From: an archaeon
Lineage (GTDB): Archaea > Methanobacteriota_B > Thermococci > Methanofastidiosales > NM3
DNA: 23,794 bases
NCBI GenBank assembly: GCA_004212155.1
Contig: RXIG01000006.1
Coordinates: 1-23,794 of the forward strand
Direction of reading: 5' to 3'
The notes under the pieces are model-generated. The model had not been told where the DNA came from, made no database searches, and saw only the letters and a list, made by a program, of their open reading frames with translations. Position 1 is the first letter of the stretch; each line of letters starts with the position of its first letter. Shown in pieces: positions 1-8,135 of the stretch. A program made the translations under genes and the position numbers.

Positions 1-276
1 CATATCGGGGTCCTCATAGACCGTCGACTCGATCTCGATGATAGGGGTGAGTTCCTCTTCGCTTCGAGTCTGCATCGCGTTGAGCGTAAGACCGATGAAC
101 GTGAACTCGCGTATGCCGTAATCAACGAAAATCCATTGCAGAAGTTTTTTGAAAAGCAATGAAGTTGCATCGTACGCATCAATGTATGAACATCCCACTT
201 TCTCAGAATACATCCGTATTCCATGGGGTATGAGCAAAAAGTGAGTAAGAGGCGGCTTCGTTTCCCCTTCGTGCAT
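1..276 (-). CDS. Partial (runs off left edge) divergent cis-prenyltransferase / UppS-like protein
   Basis: Not in the ORF track. Hand translation from ATG at 276 is open to base 1: MHEGETKPPLTHFLLIPHGIRMYSEKVGCSYIDAYDATSLLFKKLLQWIFVDYGIREFTFIGLTLNAMQTRSEEELTPIIEIESTVYEDPDM. The pattern parallels the UppS N-terminus (H-hydrophobic-DGNRR ... GI.E.T....N..RS.EE). Confidence 0.6.
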   Translation of the reverse strand, partial: MHEGETKPPLTHFLLIPHGIRMYSEKVGCSYIDAYDATSLLFKKLLQWIFVDYGIREFTFIGLTLNAMQTRSEEELTPIIEIESTVYEDPDM

Positions 277-329
277 AGTAGTGATGATGATTACAACTTA
301 ATAAAGCTTTTTAGAAAAAGGAGGACCCA

Positions 330-350
330 CCCCTGTATTTCCACTGGAAC
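330..350 (-). promoter_or_regulatory. ORB element 1
   Basis: Reverse complement reads GTTCCAGTGGAAATACAGGGG followed by TGGG, matching the archaeal ORB consensus with G-string. Confidence 0.92.
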
Positions 351-483
351 TGATTTCAAAATCGATTAATAGAATCGATTGTTATAGTTTTCAAAATTCG
401 GTTCTGAAATGATATCAATTTTCTACTATAAATAACTTTTGATTTCAGTTTTGAAGCGAAGCGCGTTGGCACGATTGCCGTGC

Positions 484-510
484 ACTCCACACGAAACGAA
501 GGGGTAGGGT
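484..510 (+). promoter_or_regulatory. ORB element 2 (divergent core)
   Basis: ACTCCACACGAAACGAAGGGGTAGGGT keeps TCCA-nnn-GAAAC plus an extended G-string. Confidence 0.8.
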
Positions 511-559
511 GTTTTCTAACTTATTCAATAAATATTATAATATCTTAATTTAAGTTAAA

Positions 560-580
560 TCTCCAGTGGAAACAAAGGGG
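560..580 (+). promoter_or_regulatory. ORB element 3
   Basis: TCTCCAGTGGAAACAAAGGGG, near-perfect ORB consensus. Confidence 0.93.
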
Positions 581-589
581 ATGCCCAAA

Positions 590-597
590 TATATAAA
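590..597 (+). promoter_or_regulatory. Candidate TATA box of the cdc6-polD operon
   Basis: TATATAAA about 35 nt upstream of the ATG at 632. Confidence 0.5.
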
Positions 598-604
598 AAG
601 GACC

Positions 605-618
605 GTTTCTACTGGAAC
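605..618 (-). promoter_or_regulatory. mini-ORB
   Basis: Reverse complement GTTCCAGTAGAAAC: ORB core with one mismatch and no G-string. Confidence 0.75.
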
Positions 619-631
619 AGTGGGTGCCATA

Positions 632-1939
632 ATGAACGATCAGAAGAGTCTAGATAGCCTATTCGACAAACTGCTTACCAATGAACAGATCTTTACCAAC
701 AAGGAAGTGCTGCGTCATTCATACACACCAGATGAACTGCCTCACAGACAGAACCAGGTGGAGACCCTCGCATCGGTGCTCGTATCTGTGTTTCGAGGGG
801 AAACGCCTTCAAATCTGTTCGTTTATGGCAAGACCGGGACGGGAAAGACGGCCGTCGTCAAACACGTCGGCAAGGCCCTTGTGAGAAAGATTGGGGGCAA
901 CTTCTTTGCAAAGCCGTTTCACAGCACGAGGACCGTGCCTGACTTCGTGTCGACCATTACCACGCACAAATGCCCCGTATGGTTCATCTACATGAACTGC
1001 GAGGTTGTCGACACGCAGTATCGCCTGCTTGCAAAGCTGGGAGAGTACTTCGGACAGACGATTCCCCTGACGGGATGGCCGACCGACAAGGTCTATGATA
1101 CTTTTTTCTCGACGCTTGACATGGAGGAGCGTCTTGTAATTATCGTTCTTGATGAAATCGACCGGTTGCTGCGAAAGGGAAGCGACGAGGTGCTCTACAA
1201 CCTGACGAGGATCAACTCGGACCTTTCGAACGCGAAGGTGAGTGTCATAGGGATTACCAACGACCTCAACTTCATCGAGTTCCTCGATCCCCGCGTGCGA
1301 AGTTCGCTGGGCGAGGAGGAGATCGTGTTCCCCCCTTATGATGCCATACAGATTCAGGACATCCTGTCGCAGCGCGCGAAGATGTCGTGCAGGTCGCTTG
1401 ATGTTATCGATGCGGGCGTGATACCGCTGTGCTCTGCGTTTGCAGCCCAGGAGCACGGCGATGCGAGACGCGCGCTCGACCTCTTCCGCGTGGCGGGAGA
1501 GTTGGCGGAACGAGAACGAAGCAAACGCATCGTCGAACGCCATGTGCGCGAGGCCAAGGAGCGCATCGAGCAGGACCGGATCGTCGAGGTGGTAAAGACC
1601 CTGCCGACCCAGTCGAAGCTCATACTCTATTCATGTATATTATTGGAGAAGTACGAGCCGTCGGGCATATCAACGGGTGAGGTCTACAACGTCTACCGCG
1701 ACCTGTGCAAGCTCTCCGCCAGCGAGGTGCTCACACAGCGCAGGATCTCTGATATCATCTCCGAGCTCGACATGCTCGGCATCGTCAACGCCCGCGTCGT
1801 CAGCAAGGGGCGCTACGGGCGCACGAAGGAGATTCACATGGGAGTCCCCGTGACGCAGGTCAAGCGCGTCCTGGAGCAGGACAGGAAGATCGAGCGGGTC
1901 ACGACCTACGTGCCACCCATACAGCATAGGCTATCGTGA
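632..1939 (+). CDS. cdc6: Orc1/Cdc6 replication initiator
   Basis: YTPDELPHR, Walker A GKTGTGKT, Walker B IVLDEID, sensor GDARRALD, C-terminal winged helix with SKGRYGRT. Start moved from 566 to ATG 632 because the upstream part is made of ORB sequences. Confidence 0.97.
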   Translation: MNDQKSLDSLFDKLLTNEQIFTNKEVLRHSYTPDELPHRQNQVETLASVLVSVFRGETPSNLFVYGKTGTGKTAVVKHVGKALVRKIGGNFFAKPFHSTRTVPDFVSTITTHKCPVWFIYMNCEVVDTQYRLLAKLGEYFGQTIPLTGWPTDKVYDTFFSTLDMEERLVIIVLDEIDRLLRKGSDEVLYNLTRINSDLSNAKVSVIGITNDLNFIEFLDPRVRSSLGEEEIVFPPYDAIQIQDILSQRAKMSCRSLDVIDAGVIPLCSAFAAQEHGDARRALDLFRVAGELAERERSKRIVERHVREAKERIEQDRIVEVVKTLPTQSKLILYSCILLEKYEPSGISTGEVYNVYRDLCKLSASEVLTQRRISDIISELDMLGIVNARVVSKGRYGRTKEIHMGVPVTQVKRVLEQDRKIERVTTYVPPIQHRLS

Positions 1940-1947
1940 GGGTCCGC

Positions 1948-3504
1948 ATGCAATCTGCAAGCCCAGAGCAGGTATCCATTCCAAAGCTCTTCCTAGAGCG
2001 CGGCATCATCCTCACCGAGGAGGCGTATGCCAAGTTCCTCGGCGATGCAGTGGACATGGACAGCATCAGCGAGTTCCTCGACCAGCTCGAGGGCACGGAC
2101 AAGGCGTTTGTCACAAAGGATGATTACGAGGATTACTTCTACCCCCGATTCGAAGGCAACGGCGACAGGGGATCAAGCGACGAGAGCTCGTCCAGTCTCC
2201 AGTGGAAACAAAGGGGTAACGCGCCGCAAGAGTCCCATGCATCAAAACACTTTCCTGCCAAGGACGTAGCACCCGATATACGTATCATAACAGACGTTGC
2301 TGGCAAGGGCGAGTCCGAAGGGACGTTTGAGGACTTCTACTCCCTTTTCTCCGACAGGTACAGGAAGCTCTCGCGCATCTTCAAGGAACATGCCGAGTTT
2401 CGAAACTATACGTCGATCAAGGATGCCAAGCGCATGGAGCTCAAGTCCAACGTGACCGTTGTCGGCATGGTGCAGGACAAGTCGTATACGAAGAACAACA
2501 ATCTCATGCTCGAGATCGAGGACATGAGCGGGCATATCAAGGCTTTGGTGTCGTTCAACAAGGAGCGGCTCATGGAGCGCGCAAAGTACATCGTCCGCGA
2601 CGAGATCATCGCGTTCTCCGGTGCGCTCGGCGAGGACATCATATTCGTCAACGACTTCGCGTTCCCCGACATCGCCGTGGGGCGTCAGCGCAATCAGTCG
2701 CCCGATGACGTCAACGCCATCTTCACATCCGACATCCACGTGGGCAGCAACGAGTTCGTCGACAAGGCGTTCCTTCGCTTCATCAAGTGGCTGCGCCAGG
2801 AGAAGGGCAACAGCCGCCAGCAGGAACTTGCATCCAAGGTGAAGTACCTTGTCGTGTGCGGCGACGTTGTCGACGGTGTTGGCATCTACCCGAATCAGCA
2901 AAAGGAGCTTTCCATAACCGATATTTATGATCAATACAAGAAGACGGCGGAGCTGCTCGCCTACGTCCCAGACTGGATCGAGATCATCGTCTCGCCCGGC
3001 AATCACGACGCGACGCGAAGTGGAAATCCGCAATTCCCCATCCCCGAGGCGTTCGCCCATGAGCTCTACGAGATGGACAATGTCCACATGGTGTCGAATC
3101 CGTCGTTTTTCTCGCTTCACGGCGTCAAGTGCCTCGCTTATCACGGAGACTCCATATTCGACTTCCTCTCACAGGTCCCGGGTTTCCACCTGGACGACCC
3201 TATCGCTCCCATGACCGAGATGCTCCGCAAGCGCCATCTCGCGCCCGTCTATGGCATGGGCACGCAGATCGTCCCCGAACCGAAGGACTATCTTTGCATC
3301 GACGAGCCACCCGACATCTTCCAGACCGGCCACACCCACATGAACGGGAACGGGTCGTATCGCGGCACGACACTCATCAACTCGGGCGGATGGCAGGCCC
3401 AGACATCGTTCCAGAAGATGCGAAACATCACGCCCGATGTCGCCAAGGTCCCGATCATGAATCTGCACGACCACAAGCTGGTCGTCATGAACTTCGGTGA
3501 TTGA
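1948..3504 (+). CDS. polB: DNA polymerase D small (proofreading exonuclease) subunit DP1
   Basis: OB fold plus calcineurin-like phosphoesterase motifs SDIHVG, GDVVDG, PGNHD, HGDS, GHTH. ATG 1948 follows GAGGGT; GTG 1936 is an alternative start. Confidence 0.96.
   Translation: MQSASPEQVSIPKLFLERGIILTEEAYAKFLGDAVDMDSISEFLDQLEGTDKAFVTKDDYEDYFYPRFEGNGDRGSSDESSSSLQWKQRGNAPQESHASKHFPAKDVAPDIRIITDVAGKGESEGTFEDFYSLFSDRYRKLSRIFKEHAEFRNYTSIKDAKRMELKSNVTVVGMVQDKSYTKNNNLMLEIEDMSGHIKALVSFNKERLMERAKYIVRDEIIAFSGALGEDIIFVNDFAFPDIAVGRQRNQSPDDVNAIFTSDIHVGSNEFVDKAFLRFIKWLRQEKGNSRQQELASKVKYLVVCGDVVDGVGIYPNQQKELSITDIYDQYKKTAELLAYVPDWIEIIVSPGNHDATRSGNPQFPIPEAFAHELYEMDNVHMVSNPSFFSLHGVKCLAYHGDSIFDFLSQVPGFHLDDPIAPMTEMLRKRHLAPVYGMGTQIVPEPKDYLCIDEPPDIFQTGHTHMNGNGSYRGTTLINSGGWQAQTSFQKMRNITPDVAKVPIMNLHDHKLVVMNFGD
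2196..2216 (+). promoter_or_regulatory. Intragenic ORB inside DP1
   Basis: TCTCCAGTGGAAACAAAGGGG, identical over 21 nt to 560-580. Confidence 0.85.
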
Positions 3505-3505
3505 C

Positions 3506-6500
3506 ATGGCATCAGAATACGAATCATACTTCTCGCTCCTCGAGCACGAGGCGGACTTGGTCTATCAGCTCGCCAAGCGGGCGCGCGAGCGGGGCCTTGA
3601 CCCGTCGTTTGACGTCGAGGTGCCCCGCGCCAAGGACATGGCAAGCCGCGTCGAGAGCTTGGTGGGGCCACCTGGCGTCGCCGAGCTCATCAGGAAGCTC
3701 GACAAGAGCGGCCTGCAGCGCGAGGTCGTCTCGCTCAAGGTGGCCGAACGCATCTGCCACGGTGACTTCGGGGAGATGTCTATTGAGGAATCGGCCGAAC
3801 AGGCCGTTCGCACCTCGCTTGCCATACTTACCGAGGGCATCGTGTCGGCGCCGCTCGAGGGCATCGCAAGCATCAAGGTCAAGCACAATCCCGACGGCAC
3901 GAAGTACCTTGCCATCTACTTTGCGGGACCCATACGTTCCGCTGGCGGCACGGCTGCCGCCATGGCCGTGCTCATCACCGATTACGTCAGGCAAAAGCTC
4001 CATCTCGACGGCTACAAGGTCATGGCCGACGAGATCGAGCGGTTCTACGAGGAAGTGCAGCTCTACGACCGCAACGTACGTCTCCAGTACAAGCCTTCAT
4101 ACGAGGATGTCAAGGCGGCCCTCGAGCACATCACCGTCGAGGTCACGGGCGAGACCACCGACAAGATCGAGGTAACGGGATACCGCGACCTCGAGCGCAT
4201 CGAGACCAACTGCCTGCGCGGCGGTGCCATGCTCGCACTGTGCGAGGGCGTGCTCCAGAAGGCCTCAAAGATCCTTAAGATCACCGACAAGGCATCCATT
4301 GGGGGATGGGAGTGGCTCAAGGACGTCGGCAAGAGCAAGAAGTCGGCGAAGGAGGGCTCCGGCGAGATCGCACCCAACTGGAAGTACCTAAACGACATCA
4401 TCGCGGGAAGGCCCATCTTCTCGCATCCGATGGCGCGCGGCGGATTTCGCATACGCTACGGGCGTTCCAGGAACACGGGGCTTGCGGGATGGGGCATCCA
4501 CCCCGCCACGATGTACGTGCTCGACTCGTTCCTTGCCATCGGCACGCAGATGAAGACGGAGCGTCCGGGCAAGGCCAACGTCACGGCGCCCGTCGACTCC
4601 GTCGAGGGGCCCATCGTCAAGCTTCGCGACGGGACGGTCATGCGGGTCGAGTCGTCCGACCAGGCCAAGGAGATCAACGACAAGATCGATGAGATCCTCT
4701 TCCTCGGCGATGCCGTCATTGGCGTCGGCGAGTTCCTCGAGAACAACCACGTGCTTCTTCCTTCGGGGTACGTCGAGGAGTGGTGGGTGCAGGAGCTCGA
4801 GGCGGCCGATACGAAAGGCGAGTTTTCCCGCTACGTCGAAAATCCCTTTGACATCGGCGAGCGCGATGCGCTTGCCATCTCGCGCTCGTGCGGCATACCG
4901 CTCCATCCGCGATTCACCTACCACTGGGGAGACATCGATCTCGAGGAGTTGAAGGACCTGGTCGAATGGTGCAGCGAGGGTCGTATTGAGGACGGAAGGC
5001 TCGTGCTAAGGCGCGACGATCGAAAGCGCCTGCTCGAGCGCATCTGCGTGCCGCATGCCGTGAGCGGTGACACGATCTCGATCGCGTCCGAGACGTTCCG
5101 GCTTTGTGTGGACAAGGAACGCTTCGATGACGTCATCCCGCTCATATCGCCTGAAGGCAAGGGGGAGCAGGAGCTCGTCCATGAGACGGTGGGAAAGGTC
5201 CTTGGCATCGCGGTGCGGCCGAAGTGCCCCGTCACCGTCGGCGGGCGCATGGGCAGGCCGGAGAAGGCCAAGGAGCGCACCATGTCGCCGCCCGTGCACG
5301 GCCTCTTCCCCGTCGGTCCGTCGGGCGGAAAGACGCGTTCGCTCGTCAAGGCGATGGACAACAACTACCTGCGCGTCGAGGTGGCAAACAGGTATTGCCG
5401 CCAGTGCAACACGGTGCACTACACCGCGCTTTGCCCCACCTGCAAGGAGCCGACGATACCGTATGCCGTATGCAACAACAAGCGATGCAAGATGGCCAAC
5501 AACAAGACGTTTGAAGTCAGTTCGGAAACATGCCCCGGCTGTCGGGGCAGGCTCTCCAAGTACTCGTACAAGAACATCGACATACGCTCCGAGATGCAGG
5601 GGGCCATCGAGCGCATGGGCATCGATATGCCAAAGGAGGTCAAGGGCGTCATCGGCATGACGTCTGAGGAGAAGTTCCCCGAACGCGTCGACAAGGCGAT
5701 CCTTCGCGCCCGCAACGGGGTCTATGTCTTCAAGGACGGCACGATGCGCTACGATGCCACCGACGTTCCCCTCACCCATGTGCAACCTCGCGAGATCAAC
5801 ACGTCGGTCGACCGCATGCACGAGCTCGGTTACCTCCACGATGCCGACGGAAGGAAGCTCACGTCGCCTGACCAGGTGGTCGAGCTAAGGGTGCAGGACA
5901 TCGTGCTTGCCGACACGGCCGCAGACTACATCCTTCGGTGCTGCACGTTCCTTGATGAGCTGCTCGAGAAGTTCTACGGACTGCCGGCGTTTTACAATGC
6001 GAAGGAGCCCGACGATCTCGTTGGGCACCTCGTCATCGGCCTTGCCCCACACACGTCGGCCGGCGTGCTCGGGCGCATCATCGGGTATACGAAGGCTCGC
6101 GTCGGATACGCTCACCCGTTCTTCCACGCGGCCAAGCGACGGAACTGCGATGGGGACGAGGATGCGATTCTCCTCCTGCTCGACGCGCTGCTCAACTTCT
6201 CAAGGCGATTCCTTCCGGCCAATCGCGGCGGCAAGATGGATGCTCCGCTTGTCATGACGACACGCATCGACCCGCTCGAGATCGACAAGGAGGCGCACAA
6301 CCTCGACACGTCGAGGCGCTACCCCCTGACGTTCTACCAGAAGACCCAGGAGTATGCGCATCCGTCAGAGCTTGGCATCCCCACTGTCGCGGACAGGCTC
6401 GGCACCGAGGAGGCGCTCTGGCACCTCGACTACAGCCTTCCCACGCGTGACATCGCCGACGGCCCCGAGGCCTCGGCCTACAAGACGCTCGGCTCGATGT

Positions 6501-6895
6501 CGGAAAAGATTGAGGCGCAGCTCGAGATCGCGCGCAAGGTGCGCGCCGTCGACCTCGATGACACGGCCCAGCGCGTCATCATCTCACACTTCATCCCGGA
6601 CCTCATCGGCAATCTGCGCTCGTTTTCCAAGCAGACGTTTCGCTGTGTGAACTGCAACGCCATCTATCGGCGCGTGCCGCTTTCGGGCAAGTGCACGAAG
6701 TGCTACGGCGGCCGGCTCGTGCTCACCGTCTCCAAGGGATCGGTGGAAAAGTACCTGCAGGTGACAAAGGACATCATCCGCAACTACGAGATCGACCCCT
6801 ATATCTCCCAGCGCATCGCCATCATCGAAAAGGAGCTTGAATCGGTCTTCCGGGAGAAGACGAAACAGATGAGCCTCGCGGACTTTGCTCCTTAG
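3506..6895 (+). CDS. polC: DNA polymerase D large subunit DP2
   Basis: AGPIRSAGGT, GFRIRYGRSRNTG, GRMGRPEKAKER, catalytic RRNCDGDED, Cys zinc fingers, C-terminal PIP-like QMSLADF. ATG 3506 follows GGTGA. No intein. Confidence 0.98.
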   Translation: MASEYESYFSLLEHEADLVYQLAKRARERGLDPSFDVEVPRAKDMASRVESLVGPPGVAELIRKLDKSGLQREVVSLKVAERICHGDFGEMSIEESAEQAVRTSLAILTEGIVSAPLEGIASIKVKHNPDGTKYLAIYFAGPIRSAGGTAAAMAVLITDYVRQKLHLDGYKVMADEIERFYEEVQLYDRNVRLQYKPSYEDVKAALEHITVEVTGETTDKIEVTGYRDLERIETNCLRGGAMLALCEGVLQKASKILKITDKASIGGWEWLKDVGKSKKSAKEGSGEIAPNWKYLNDIIAGRPIFSHPMARGGFRIRYGRSRNTGLAGWGIHPATMYVLDSFLAIGTQMKTERPGKANVTAPVDSVEGPIVKLRDGTVMRVESSDQAKEINDKIDEILFLGDAVIGVGEFLENNHVLLPSGYVEEWWVQELEAADTKGEFSRYVENPFDIGERDALAISRSCGIPLHPRFTYHWGDIDLEELKDLVEWCSEGRIEDGRLVLRRDDRKRLLERICVPHAVSGDTISIASETFRLCVDKERFDDVIPLISPEGKGEQELVHETVGKVLGIAVRPKCPVTVGGRMGRPEKAKERTMSPPVHGLFPVGPSGGKTRSLVKAMDNNYLRVEVANRYCRQCNTVHYTALCPTCKEPTIPYAVCNNKRCKMANNKTFEVSSETCPGCRGRLSKYSYKNIDIRSEMQGAIERMGIDMPKEVKGVIGMTSEEKFPERVDKAILRARNGVYVFKDGTMRYDATDVPLTHVQPREINTSVDRMHELGYLHDADGRKLTSPDQVVELRVQDIVLADTAADYILRCCTFLDELLEKFYGLPAFYNAKEPDDLVGHLVIGLAPHTSAGVLGRIIGYTKARVGYAHPFFHAAKRRNCDGDEDAILLLLDALLNFSRRFLPANRGGKMDAPLVMTTRIDPLEIDKEAHNLDTSRRYPLTFYQKTQEYAHPSELGIPTVADRLGTEEALWHLDYSLPTRDIADGPEASAYKTLGSMSEKIEAQLEIARKVRAVDLDDTAQRVIISHFIPDLIGNLRSFSKQTFRCVNCNAIYRRVPLSGKCTKCYGGRLVLTVSKGSVEKYLQVTKDIIRNYEIDPYISQRIAIIEKELESVFREKTKQMSLADFAP

Positions 6896-6924
6896 AATTA
6901 TATTTCTTTTTTTAGAATTATATT
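6892..6924 (+). repeat. 13-nt direct repeat TTAGAATTATATT (6892-6904, 6912-6924) separated by a T tract; probable polD terminator region
   Basis: Repeat and oligo-T run overlap and follow the DP2 stop codon. Confidence 0.55.
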
Positions 6925-7037
6925 CTTCTTATGATATTTTTTTATAAATTTATAAGGATATTATTCTAATATTTTCATATATTACAGTATTATATACGAT
7001 AATTATAAATACTAGTAACTCCTATACGTATCAGGGG

Positions 7038-7292
7038 GTGGAATACGTGAATGAGGATGAAAATGTTAGGAAACTGCTCTCGATCCTCGATGAGCAGTAC
7101 GACAAAAGTCCCTACTATGTTGGGTCAAGCATTCTGAGGTCGAAGCTCGACATGCCCGTGAACGAACTTCGCGTGTATGCCGAATCCCTTTACGAAGAGG
7201 GCTACGTCGACAAGCTCGAGGGCCTCGCGCCGACGTTCATCCTGCGCATGAAGCGCAGGGGGCACGAATTTTTCTCACAAATGAACACATAA
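7038..7292 (+). CDS. Small hypothetical protein, winged-helix-like
   Basis: 84 aa with host-like codon usage between AT-rich spacers. LRSKLDM...L.EEGYV...LRMKRRG resembles wHTH helix/wing patterns. Followed by a T-rich tract at 7314-7328. Confidence 0.7.
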   Translation: MEYVNEDENVRKLLSILDEQYDKSPYYVGSSILRSKLDMPVNELRVYAESLYEEGYVDKLEGLAPTFILRMKRRGHEFFSQMNT

Positions 7293-7452
7293 GATAACTT
7301 ATATTCTCTAATATTTTCTTTCTTTTTTCATTAATCTTAGAATAATTTAAGATTTGTGTGTTATTAGTTGTGTAATTATTTATTAAACATAGTAAATTAT
7401 TTTGAAAAAATATTTAAACTAGAACATATATTATAATATATTGGTGGTAAAA

Positions 7453-7605
7453 GTGAGAGTCAACAGAACTCTTGGGACAAGCGTGCCCCCTGAGATAGAG
7501 AAGCAGATAGAGGCCCTCGTAAAGAAGGGATACTACAAGACCAAGTCGGACTTTCTCTACCAGGCGGTACTTGAAAAGATACGCAACGAACGGGACCTGC
7601 TCTAG
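7453..7605 (+). CDS. Ribbon-helix-helix (CopG/Arc/MetJ-like) protein, 50 aa
   Basis: Not in the ORF track. GTG after GGTGGT. Translation MRVNRTLGTSVPPEIEKQIEALVKKGYYKTKSDFLYQAVLEKIRNERDLL fits the RHH pattern LV..G.Y...S.F...A. Confidence 0.85.
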   Translation: MRVNRTLGTSVPPEIEKQIEALVKKGYYKTKSDFLYQAVLEKIRNERDLL

Positions 7606-7715
7606 GGCAGGCTATAGCGTTTTCTTCCTCTATGCTACGTTCGTATCGTAGATATTAGTTCTTTTTTTCAGTAAGTTCTTTATTCTGCCATTTCCACAGT
7701 GGTCCAGGTGGTAAC

Positions 7716-8135
7716 GTGACCGTGTATACAAAAAAGATGGTCTTGCCAAAGACCAATGAGCTCGATATCCTCGATATCACAGACCGTGTGCAGCTCGAGA
7801 TCGACAACTCCGGCGTGAAGGAGGGCATCGCAAACATCTACACCGTCGGCTCGACGGCCGCCATCACGACGCTCGAGTTCGAGCCGGGACTCGTCGCGGA
7901 CATGAAGACGGTGCTCAATCATATCGTGCCGCGCAGCTGGGAGTACGAGCATCACAAGCGATGGCATGACGATAACGGACATTCGCACCTTCGCGCTTCG
8001 CTGCTCGGCCCGTCGAAGTCGGTGCCCGTTCACAAGGGCAGGCTCATCCTGGGCACTTGGCAGCAGATCGTATTCATCGAACTTGACAACAAGCCGCGCA
8101 CCCGCGAGGTCATCACCACGGTGGTGGGCGAATGA
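7716..8135 (+). CDS. yjbQ: YjbQ/UPF0047 family protein (secondary thiamine-phosphate synthase family)
   Basis: GSTAAITTLEFE, DNGHSHLRASLLGPS and LGTWQQIVFIELD motifs. SD AGGTGG upstream. Confidence 0.92.
   Translation: MTVYTKKMVLPKTNELDILDITDRVQLEIDNSGVKEGIANIYTVGSTAAITTLEFEPGLVADMKTVLNHIVPRSWEYEHHKRWHDDNGHSHLRASLLGPSKSVPVHKGRLILGTWQQIVFIELDNKPRTREVITTVVGE

Larger units (their letters stand above)
325..620. other. Chromosomal replication origin oriC
   Basis: Non-coding region directly upstream of cdc6 with four ORB-type boxes in both orientations and AT-rich stretches (about 351-450 and 511-560) that are candidate unwinding elements. Confidence 0.9.

Noticed and set aside
256-273. ORB-like words (reverse complement CACGAAGGGGAAACGAAG)
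   Set aside because: Lacks the TCCA core, and the G-run is on the wrong side of GAAAC. It lies in the first codons of the left gene.
566-631. N-terminal extension of Cdc6 from GTG 566 or ATG 581
   Set aside because: It is built from ORB3, the TATA-like box and the mini-ORB. Family-like sequence begins at ATG 632.
809-6663. Long antisense and alternate-frame ORFs over cdc6, DP1 and DP2 (e.g. 809-1543, 2242-3144, 5006-5839)
   Set aside because: Shadow ORFs expected from C/G-ending codon bias; no recognisable motifs.
3506-6895. Inteins in DP2 or Cdc6
   Set aside because: The RYDATD and RRNCDGDED regions are uninterrupted and protein lengths are normal.
6892-7452. CRISPR array or tRNA in the AT-rich spacers
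   Set aside because: Only two-copy short repeats, no regular repeat-spacer pattern, and no cloverleaf with a T-loop seen here or in the other spacers.
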